Assembly (NCBI GenBank): GCA_002269645.1
Contig: NIVC01002240.1
Location: 78,039-142,038, forward strand
Direction: 5' to 3'
DNA length: 64,000 bases
Source: Macrostomum lignano
Lineage: Eukaryota
Positions 33,786-45,700 of this stretch are shown piece after piece (position 1 is the stretch's first letter; every line of letters begins with the position of its first letter). The notes under the pieces were generated by a model. That model was not told where the DNA came from. It was given only the letters and a program-made list of their open reading frames with translations, and did not search any database. Made by a program: the position numbers and the translations under genes.

Positions 33786-36700
33786 ATGGCAACAATAGCG
33801 CCACAGTCTTCTGTCAATCAGCAACCGGAGGGATCGCCATTCTCACCTGCGCAGCTGTCCCAGCTGAGAGCTCAAATCAATGCCTACAAGAGTTTGAGCC
33901 GGAATCAGCCGATACCAGATGCGCTGAGAACGCAGGCTATGGGCAGCTCGCTGACTCGGCCTGTGCCTGAGAATATTGCTCAGCTACTGGCCCAGTCTAG
34001 CCAGATTCAGTCGGCTCCTGTGGCTACTGTTGTGTCTGAAGTGATGGCCACAGCACTGCCTGGCACGGCTGTGGTGGCTTTGTCTGCTGGCTTGTCTACA
34101 GCTGTGCAGCCGTCTGCTGTAACTGTGTCCATGTCCGCTCTGCCGAAGGTGCGAGAAGAGAGTGGGCAGTGTAGGCTTGTCAAGATTGAGGGCAGTAGTG
34201 ACCTGCTGAAGGATCGGGAATAGGGGCAGTAGTGACCTGCTGAAGCATCGGGAATAGAGGGCAGTAGTGACCTGCTAAAGGATCGGGAATAGAGGGCAGT
34301 AGTGACCTGCTGAAGGATCGGGAATAGAGGGCAGTAGTGACCTGCTGAAGCATCGGGAATAGAGGGCAGTAGTGACCTGCTAAAGGATCGGGAATAGAGG
34401 GCAGTAGTGACCTGCTGAAGGATCGGGAATAGAGGGCAGTAGTAACCTACTGAAGGATCGGGAATAGAGGGCAGTAGTGACCTGCTGAAGGATCGGGAGT
34501 AGAGGGCAGTAGTGACCTGCTGAAGGATCGGGAATAGAGGGCAGTAGTAACCTACTGAAGGATCGGGAATAGAGGGCAGTAGTAACCTGCTGAAGGATCG
34601 GGAATAGAGGGCAGTAGTAACCTGCTTAAGCATCGGGAATAGAGGGCAGTAGTAACCTACTTAAGGATCGGGAATAGAGGGCAGTAGTGACCTGCTGAAG
34701 GATCGGGAATAGAGGGCAGTAGTGACCTGCTGAAGGATCGGGAATAGAGGGCAGTAGTGACCTGCTGAAGCATCGGGAATAGAGGGCAGTAGTAACCTGC
34801 TGAAGGATCGGGAATAGAGGGCAGTAGTAACCTGCTTAAGCATCGGGAATAGAGGGCAGTAGTGACCTACTTAAGGATCGGGAATAGAGGGCAGTAGTGA
34901 CCTGCTGAAGGATCGGGAATAGAGGGCAGTAGTGACCTGCTGAAGGATCGGGAATAGGGGCAGTAGTGACCTGCTGAAGCATCGGGAATAGAGGGCAGTA
35001 GTGACCTGCTAAAGGATCGGGAATAGAGGGCAGTAGTGACCTACTGAAGGATCGGGAATAGAGGGCAGTAGTGACCTGCTGAAGCATCGGGAATAGAGGG
35101 CAGTAGTGACCTGCTGAAGGATCGGGAGTAGAGGGCAGTAGTGACCTGCTGAAGGATCGGGAATAGAGGGCAGTAGTAACCTACTGAAGGATCGGGAATA
35201 GAGGGCAGTAGTGACCTGCTGAAGGATCGGGAATAGAGGGCAGTAGTGACCTGCTGAAGGATCGGGAATAGAGGGCAGTAGTGACCTGCTGAAGGATCGG
35301 GAATAGAGGGCAGTAGTAACCTACTGAAGGATCGGGAATAGAGGGCAGTAGTGACCTGCTGAAGGATCGGGAATAGAGGGCAGTAGTGACCTGCTGAAGC
35401 ATCGGGAATAGAGGGCAGTAGTGACCTGCTGAAGGATCGGGAATAGAGGGCAGTAGTGGGCTCATAAATCCCGTGATGCTACTTTTGACCTAACTATAAA
35501 TTCTATAGAAAAGCATCCCATACTACTAATTAACAGGTGGCCGTTGTCCAACAAGCTGGCGCTACCGGGGCAGCTGGCGGCGGCGTTGCCACGGCGACCC
35601 ACCTACCCGTGTCTGTATCGCTGCCGCTGCTCCAGCATCATCAGTCAGTTCAGATTCAGCATCATCACTTGGCTTTGTCGCATCCGCAGCAGCAGCAACA
35701 GCAGCAGCAGACAATTGTCCAGCAGCCAACACAATCGGTGACTCAGCAGTCTCAGCAGCACCAGCTGCCAGTTCAGTCAGTGTCTATCACACAGCAGCAG
35801 CCTGCCCTGCCAGTTGTACACTGCCTCGTGCCAACGGACCGCCCGCCAGGCCTGGACCCTGTTGAGCTGCTCAAAGAACGCGAACTTCGAATGCAAAGCC
35901 GCATAGTTGGTCGCATTGGTGAATTGGAGCAGATGTCCGCTTCGGTTAGCGAGGAAGCTCGGACTCGGCTGCAGATTGAGCTGCGAGCTTTGCGTCTGCT
36001 TAACTTTCAGCGTCAGTTGAGACAGGAGGTGAGTCATCATCTTGTTACTATCTGTACGCTCGCAGGCCTGTTACTGCGTGGTCGCGTCTGTAGGATTGTC
36101 TGAAGGGGTTTTCCTGTCACTGTGTGTAGGACTGTCACTGTCTGTGGGACTGTCACTGTCTGTAGGACTGTCACTGACTGTAGGACTGTCTGTGGGATTG
36201 TAACTGTCTGTAGGACTGTCACTGACTGTAGGACTCACTGTCTGTGGGACTGTCATTGTATGTAGTACTGTCACTGTCTGTGGGACTGTCATTGTATGTA
36301 GTACTGTCACTGTCTGTGGGACTCACTGTCTGTGGGACTGGCTATTTGGAGGATAATCAACCATGTTTAGTCACTTTTGTACTCGTAGTTTCGTCACTGT
36401 CTGGGGGGCATCTCACTGTATTATTGAGTCTTTAGAGACTGCCCTTCATCAGTAGCCTGTATTCTGTAATACTATTCGCTCCCGCCCAGGTGATCAGCAC
36501 CGCGCGCCGCGATAGCAGTCTTGACACGGCGCTAAACGCTCGCGCCTACAAGAAGCCCAAAAAGGTGGCCCTGCGCGAGGCTCGCGGCACAGTCCGCACC
36601 GAGCTGCTCCGCCAGATGGAGGCGGAGAAGCGCCAAAAGCAGAAGCATCAAGAGTTTCTCAATGCCGTACTGGCCCACGGCAAAGAGCTGCGCGAGTTCT

Positions 36701-39700
36701 ACAAGCTGGCTAATTCGCGATTGGTTAAGCTCAACCGGCTGGTGATGGCCTGGCACGCCAACACCGAGAGGGAGGCTCGCCGGATTGAACGGGAACGAAT
36801 GCGCCGGCTGATGGCCGAGGACGAGAAAGGCTACAGGGAGCTAATTGACAAGCAGAAGGACCAGAGACTGCACTATCTGCTAGAGCAGACTGACCAGTTC
36901 ACTGCTAAGCTGTCTAAACTGGTCAAGGTGCACAAGAAAAAGCAGAAATCTCAGCGTCATAAGGAGCGCCGATTGAGGCAGAGAGAGATTCAAGACGGAC
37001 TAGCTAAGACCTGGCTTGAACGGGCTGTGGAAGATCCGACTGTTAGGGTGAGTGCGGCGGGTTGCTCATGCATGAAACTCCATTCCGAAAAGGGCCAATT
37101 ATTGCCTCCAATTTAGCAACCCTGTGGAGGTCATCAATCTTTATACATTTGATTTGCCGTTGCATTTAAAAACTCAGATCACCATGGACTCTGTTAATCC
37201 TATTTCATTGATCCCAGATATCCATATTTCTGTCTAGTAAATCCCTAAGTTTTCTTTAATCCCACTCCAATGATCCCGACCCTCCCAACCCTCAATCCCA
37301 TATCAATGATCCCAACCCTCCTAATCCCCAATCCCATTTCAATGATCCCAACCCTCCTAATCCCCAATCCCATTTCAATGATCCCAACCCTCCTAATCCC
37401 CAATCCCATTTCAATGATCCCAACCCTCCTAATCCCCAATCCCATTTCAATGATCCGAATCCCCACTCCCCTATCCCATTTCAATGATCCCAATCCCTTA
37501 TCCCATTTCAATGATCCCAATCCCCCTAATCCCCAATCCCATTTCAGTGATCCCAATCCCTTATCAAATTTCAATGATCCCAATCCCCTTATCCCTATAC
37601 CATTTCAATGATCTCAACCCCCCCCCCTAATCCCCTATCATATTTAAATGATCCCAATCCCCCTAATCCCCTATCCCATTTCAATGATCTCAAGCCCCTA
37701 ATTCCCAATCCCATTTCAATGATCTCAAGCCCCTAATCCCCAATCCCATTTCAATGATCCCAATCCCCCTAATCCCCTATCCCATTTCAATAATCTCAAG
37801 CCCCTAATCCCCAATCCCATTTCAATGATCCCAATCCCCCTAATCCCCTATCCCATTTCAATGATCCCAATCCCCCTAATCCCCTATCCCATTTCAATGA
37901 TCCCAATCCCCCTAATCCCCTATCCCATTTCAATGATCCCAATCCCTTATCCCATTTCAATGATCCCAATCCCCCTAATCCCCAATCCCATTTCAGTGAT
38001 CCCAATCCCTTATCAAATTTCAATGATCCCAATCCCCCTTATCCCTATACCATTTCAATGATCTCAACCCCCCCTAATCCCCTATCATATTTAAATGATC
38101 CCAATCCCCCTAATCCCCTATCCCATTTCAATGATCTCAAGCCCCTAATCCCCAATCCCATTTCAATGATCTCAAGCCCCTAATCCCCAATCCCATTTCA
38201 ATGATCCCAATCCCTCTAATCCCCAATCCCATTTCAATGATCCCAATCCCCCTAATCCCCTATCCCATTTCAATAATCTCAAGCCCCTAATTCCCAATCC
38301 CATTTCAATGATCCCGAATCCCATTCCCAGGTGCCAGTCCTGAACCCCAGCACCGGCGAGCGCCTTACGGATGACAACGGGCCGCTAGCCCGCGATCTGG
38401 AGGCCTGGCTAGCAGATCATCCGGGGTGGTGGGTGATCCCAGTCAACGAGGACGGCGTGCTCTGCCCAGAGGAGCTGGAGGATCAGCACCAGCAGCAGAC
38501 GGCCGCCGCGGCCGCCGCCGCAGCCGACGCCGATTCAACAGACTCGTCAGACGACGAGGCAATTGACGACGCGGTGAAAGGCACCGAGGATGACGATTAT
38601 CACCAGCAGCAGGGCTACTACGGCAGCGCGCACAGCGTCCAGGAGCGGGTGCGAGAGCAGGCCAGCATTCTCGTCAACGGCAAGCTGAAAGAGTACCAGC
38701 TCAAAGGCCTGCAGTGGCTCGTGTCGCTTTATAATAACAACCTGAATGGCATCCTAGCCGACGAGATGGGCCTAGGCAAGACTATCCAGACCATCGCTCT
38801 TATCACCTATCTGATGGAGAAGAAGAAAGAAAATGGTCCCTATCTGATCATTGTGCCGCTGTCCACCATGTCTAACTGGTCGCTGGAGTTCGACAAATGG
38901 GCGCCGTCTGTTAAGAAAGTCTTGTACAAAGGTGAGCCCGGGAGCTGTTTGCTTTGGTGCACTTGTGCGCTGTGATCAGAAGCTAAAATGCAAAATCAGA
39001 ACTTTTTTAATAAATCCTCAAAATCAACCATAAATCCTTGATAATCGCCTCTAAATCCTCAAAATCAACCCTAAATCCTTGATAATCGCCTGTAAATCCT
39101 CAAAATCAACCCTAAATCCTTGATAATCGCCTGTAAATCCTCAATATCAACCCAGAATCCTTGATAATCGCCTGTAAATCCTCAATATCAACCCTGAATC
39201 CTTGATAATCGCCTGTAAATCCTCAAGGTCAGCCCTAAATCATTGATAATCGCCTCTAAATCCTCAAGATCAGCTTTAAATCCTTGATAATCGCCTCTAA
39301 ATCCTCAAGATCAGCCTTAAATCCTCAAGATCAGCCTTAAATCCTTGATAATCGCCTCTAAATCCTCAAGATCAGCTTTAAATCCTTGATAATCGCCTCT
39401 AAATCCTCAAGATCAGCCTTAAATCCTCAAGATCAGCCCTAAATCCTTGATAATCGCCTCTACATCCTTAAGATCAGCCCTAACTCCTCAAGATCAACCC
39501 TAACTCCTCAGGATCAACCCTAAATCCTAAACCCTAAATCCCTAAGAATCGTCTGTAATAAATACAACAGTTATGTTTTAATGTTTTTTTGACAAGTTTT
39601 ACTCATAAGTAGAGATACGCTAATATCATTAATAAATAACTGACATCGCCCCAAAATCCGCGCCAGGCTCGCCCCAGATGCGCCGCCAGCTGCAACAGAC

Positions 39701-42700
39701 GGAGCTTCGCTCGGCAAAATTCAATGTCCTACTGACTACTTACGAGTACATCATAAAGGACAAGTCCGTGCTAACTAAAATCAAATGGAAGTACATGATC
39801 ATCGACGAGGGCCATCGGATGAAGAATCATCACTGCAAGCTCACCTGCGTGCTCAACACCTACTTCACCGCGCCCTACCGACTGCTGCTGACTGGCACTC
39901 CGTTGCAGAACAAGCTGCCCGAACTCTGGGCTCTCATGAACTTCCTGCTGCCGTCAGTGTTCTCGTCTGTGACCACCTTCGAGCAGTGGTTTAATGCCCC
40001 GTTCGCTCTGTCCAGCTCAGAGAAAGTTGAGCTCAACCAAGAGGAGACTCTGCTCATTATTCGCCGATTGCACAAAGTCCTGCGGCCGTTCCTGCTGCGC
40101 CGGCTCAAAAAAGAGGTGGAATCTCAGCTGCCCGAGAAGGTTGAGTACGTGATCAAGTGCGACATGAGCGCCCTGCAGCGGACTCTGCACCATCATATGA
40201 GTCAGCGGAATGTCATACTCACCGCCGGCTCCGAGAAGGACAAGAAGGTGAGTGTTTATGGTTCTGATCTGTGAAGTCTAGCGGCACACCGTTGAAGTGT
40301 CACCAAAATCCGTCAATAAATCACTTAGAATCTCTCAATAAGTCACTCAGAATCTGTCAACAGATCACTCAGAATCTGTCAATAAGTTACTCAGAATCTT
40401 TGAAAATATCGCTCAGAATATTAATAGACTACTTAGTCTGTCAATATATCATTTCTCGGCGCATCATTAGAACTAATTATCAAGATATCAAGATGTCTGC
40501 CAACCACACCTGACAAAATTTCGTCTATTAATAGATGACTGTAGACCTGTATAATCACTATCAGCTGTATAAACCCAATATTCCACAGGGCAACGGCGGC
40601 GTCAGGACGCTGAACAACACCATCATGCAGCTGCGCAAGATCTGCAATCATCCGTTCCTGTTCCCCCACATCGAGGACGCCATGACTGAGCACAAGGGCC
40701 ACCAGGCTGTCAACGGAGAAGATCTGTACAGATCATCTGGCAAGTTCGAATTGCTGAACCGAATACTGCCGAAACTTCGGGCCACTGGCCACCGGGTGTT
40801 GATCTTCTGCCAGATGACCCAGCTGATGACCGTTATGCAGGTAATTTTCAGCTCTATTTATAGGCCCTAGAGGTTACCCGTTTGAAAACGTTAACGTGAC
40901 AAGAATCTCTAAAAAGTTGTTGCAAATAGTTCTAGTGGCTATAGCGCGACACTGGGTTAACTTTTGTGATTTTTTCATTACTCAAAGTACGCGAGTTGTA
41001 GAATCGTAAAAGAGTCGCGAAAGAGTCGTCCAAGAATCGTTGTTTTGGCGCTTAACTTTCTACTAACTCAGTAGGCTAGTTAGAGTGCGTCAAACACAAC
41101 TCAACGATTCTACAGCGACTCTGGCACGCCTCAAATGCGACTCAACGGCCCCTGAGTCGCAGACAATAAAACGCTTCAAAGTGACTTTAAACAACTCTGA
41201 AATGACTCAAGGGTGCACAATTGACTCTGGGACGCTTCTTGGCCTGGGTACCGTTTTCATCGGGTTAATCATATCCAGAATCTTTTTACTTATAGCTTTG
41301 ATTATTTGCTCAACCGTTCACATTCATTTGGGACTGATTCACAGCCAGTGTACATACCTGACGATTAGAAAGTCACAGGGCCGCTGTACACCCTGTGTGA
41401 GCTGTGTATGACTGCGTGCCTGCGTACAGTATTGGCGCTCTTGTACTCAGGAGTCAGCGGAATGGGCAAAATCGCCTGAGCGCTGGTTGTATGACCGATG
41501 TAGCTTGAAGGCGTTGCGCCAACGACTCACAGCTCTACTGCGAAATATTTATTATTGTTTCATCCTTCAAGAGGTGGTAGCCTAGTGGTTAGAGCGTCGG
41601 ACTCACGACTGGAAGGTCGAGGGTTCGATTCTCGACCATACATGCGCAACCTCTAAAATTCGGTCGGCCATGCGACTTAGTTTTAACAAAAATGCGACGT
41701 AGTTTTTGGCCAAAAATGCGACATGTAAAAAAAACGTAATGCAAAATTAACGCAACTTTGGGTAAACGGCAGGAGTAACTATGACTGTCTTATTAAGTCA
41801 AATTGCCTCGTCAGCTACTTAGTACTACTACTTAGGTATTTTTTCGGGTGGGCATTTTTGCGACTTCCTTGGTTGGCCGCCAAATCGGTCGGCCGGATCG
41901 GCCGACTCGGCCAACTGTTGCGCATGTATGTTCTCGACCCACTCGGAACAATTTTGTGTTCTTCAGCAAGACACAACTCTGCATTGCTTCAGTTCACAAA
42001 GCTGTAAAATGGGTGCCAGCATTAGCTGGGGTAATTGAGGCTGTGTGTGTGGCGACCCCCCCCCCCCCAGTCCTTGGACTGAACAGCCGTACGCAGCCTT
42101 CAGATGCGCCGCGCAATAGCTGCGGCTGAGCTGTCGGTTGCACATCTGCCCATTAAGGCAGGTGTAATCAATTATTATTATTATTATTATTGTTTCATTC
42201 TTCAAACCATCAAAGAGCGCACTGATTCCCATCACACCAACCCCAGGACTACTTCGACTACATGGGCTACAAGTATCTGCGCTTGGACGGCACCACCAAG
42301 TCGGAGGATCGCGGCTCTCTGCTGCAGGTCTTCAGCGACAAAGAGTCCGATTATTTCATATTCCTGCTCAGCACGCGAGCCGGCGGTCTCGGCCTGAACT
42401 TGCAGGCGGCTGACACTGTGATTCTGTTCGACTCCGACTGGAACCCGCATCAGGACCTGCAGGCCCAGGATCGGGCGCATCGGATTGGCCAGAAAAATGA
42501 AGTTCGCGTATTGCGATTGATGTGCGTTAATTCGGTCGAGGAACGAATCCTAGCCGCTGCCAGGTACAAGCTCAACGTTGACGAAAAGGTTATCCAGGCT
42601 GGTAAGCTTGTTCTCTCGGTGTGTGCTATTAAATATTTGTAGCAGGTTCCCTACTGTTAGTAGTGCAATCGGTTAGCTAGGATTTCTCTTTTAAAAATCT

Positions 42701-45700
42701 TTTTTAGATTTACGGCACTTTTTCTACTTTTAGTAGTGCAATTTGAACTGTTTAGTTAATTCTAAAAATGAGAGACAGTTTTATTAGCCTTTAATTCGTG
42801 ATCTACTGTTTATAGTAGCGCATTTCGAGATTTTAGGCATATATTTAAAACCTTCAGCAGTCGCTTAGCAAGGCTTACCCTAACAGATTTTTACAATACC
42901 TCGTACTAGGAATTAAGCAACTGTCCCTAAGACCATTTTTCGGCCAGACTCAGAGCTTCAAAGCGTTTGTGAGAAATTGTGGAGGTCTTTACTTAGTAAT
43001 TTTACTTAGAGAGCATAAAAACGACAGTTAATCAATTTCACATAGTAAGTTTAACGAAGAATTGAAACTGTAGCACAAGTAACATGTTTCTAACCAGGTA
43101 TGAACAAATAATACGATTAGTGCAACGCAAGACAAATGTCTCTCATTTTGATTGAACAGGATTTTCAAAAGAAAGGGATCGCATAGTTTTAAGCAATAAG
43201 GCAGTTGAGAATCCGATGGAAATGGGGATATTTTGGAAGCAATAAACTGGCAGAAGGCTCTTTCACACCGCCCTCAAACGATGTATATTAACTAAATTTG
43301 GCATGTGTACAAAGATATGCACTTTGGGGTGAAAAACTTCTGAGAAATTAGGACTCATTTTGTGACGGTGCAGGCGAGCCTTTATCAAACAGGATAACAA
43401 ATTCCTTGGGTAACATTTTGCATTCTCACAAAATACGAGTACAGTCTAAGAGTGACACTGTCAAGCATGCCACTGCTGAAAGCAAGCTTCCAAACAGAGT
43501 CCCGGTTCTCCTGGGCACTCGGGGCAGCAGTAGATCGTGCGCTTGCTGCTTCCAGCCCGGTAGCAGATGCGACAGCGCTTTCTTCTTTGGGAAGTGCGGA
43601 CTGTCAGGACCGGCTGTCTGAGCAGCTTGAACGGCAGTCGCTGGTCGCCTCCTGTTCCTTCCAGTGCGCTCTACCAGTTCCCGAATGCTGGCCTCCAGAA
43701 ACTTAGCAAATGTTCTTTGTCCACTGCACCTCTTGTACGCTATCCAAGCGTTGCGAATCATCTGCATACATAGGTGTAAACCAAGCTTTAAAAAACACTT
43801 TTTCGTTTTCCTACCTGGCAGATGGGGCTGATGTGGCTGTCCATTCTGTCATCACCGCCCATGCACCGATTGTAGGAAAGTGCTGACCTACTCTTCTGCA
43901 CCGTCGTTTCCACTCCTCGAACAATTCGTTGGGTCTGAACCTTCTCAGCCGCCTCTTCGGTGTCCAGCAAATACAGCGTCTTCAATCCACTCTCCTTTCT
44001 TTCTATGATCTTTACAGCCAACACACGGTCTTTGCGCATGAAGGCATCATCGGTAGGTGGAACATACAGCTCTCTGAGCTCAACCGGAACGCCTCGGTCA
44101 GCTCGGACCGTACAAGTCAGGTGCGTTCCTTGAGCCAGAAGGTAACTCCGACAGCCGATAGGATCCGAACCACTTGTCGACGAAGATGCGGTAGCCTTGG
44201 TGCAGCAGATGGTAGCAGAGCTCGACAACTAACTTCTCGCTGAAAGACAGGGTGTCTCCTTGCAATGGTTCATCGAACCGGCGGTTTTCCTCCGGGGTTG
44301 AGTGAACACGAAATTTGTACAGGTAACCCGTTGCCGCCTCACAGGCACAATACAACTTTATGCCGTACTTTGCCCGCTTCGTTGGAATATACTGTTTGAA
44401 GCGTAAGCGCCCTTTGTACAGCACCAAAGATTCGTCTACGCTCACATCCTCCTCGGGCCTGTACACATTAACGCAAGCATCTCTCAATGTCTGCAGCAAC
44501 GGGCGAATCTTAAAAAGTGGGTCGTTTACGGCCGGATCTTCAGCGCAGTCATAAAAACGGAGCAGACCCAGAAGCTGTTTGAAGCGGTCTCGAGAGAGAG
44601 CTTCAGCCGCTTGAAAATAAGGTGTTATGTAGTAGCTGTCTGTGCTCCAGTACTCGCTCATTTCGGTCTTCTTGTTGGAGCCCATGTAAAGATACTGGTA
44701 CATTCCCAGAACTTTCTTTATCTCATTTGCACTGCAGTCTCTCCAATGTGCAAAACTCACAGGCAGGTCCTCAGCGTCGACCGAGTGAATCGCTGCCCAG
44801 GCTCTTCGGTTGGTCCACTTTGCCAGGTCTTCAAAGAGGCTATCCGGTAAAAAAGGCCCAGAAATAATGGCGTTGCTTCCTCAACATAATCTGGAACTGT
44901 AATTCCTGGATTCAGTCCAGGCGTCCCCAGAAATTCGTTTAAATTCTCGAGTACATCTCAACCAGCAACTACAGCATTCCAGGAAAGCTCTTCCGTTTCA
45001 TCTACCGCAGTTGGGATATGAAGGCCTCTTCGTCATCAGACGTCATAATGTCGGAAATCGATTGATTGTCTGTTTCTTCCAGTAATGATGCCATAGTTAT
45101 GACTAGTAGATACTGTACTTTAAGAATGATCTAATTCAGTCGCAAAAAACCAACTTGTTAGTTTATGAACGCTTTGAATTGTACTTTTTCTTAGGCTATG
45201 CATTTTTACCAGACTGGAATAACCATAGACTGGGAACGTCGTCCCTCCTAAAAATATTGTCTATGGTAAGCTTTGCTGGAAATTTGCTGGAATATGGTAA
45301 GCTTACCGGAACGGAGATTGACAGAATATGGCTCAGTTCGGAAGAGGTTAATTAATAGATTCTTAAAAAAAACAATATTTTCATTTTTAGTATACAAAAG
45401 ATATTCTTACATTTAATTTATTTTTCACACCTTACGAAATTTTCGGCATATTTTTCTACTAATAGTAGCAGGCGTAGGTGACTAATGAAAGAAATCTCGC
45501 AATTCTCTTCGTCTCCGCCAGGCATGTTTGACCAGAAATCCACTGGCGTTCAGCGTCGCGAATTTCTGATGGCCCTGCTAGAAGAAGAGCAAGACGGTAA
45601 CGATGATTTAGAAGTGCACGACGACGAGACGATCAACCAGATGCTGGCCCGCTCAGAGGAGGAGTTCAAAGTCTACCAGCGCATGGACAAGGAGCGGCAC

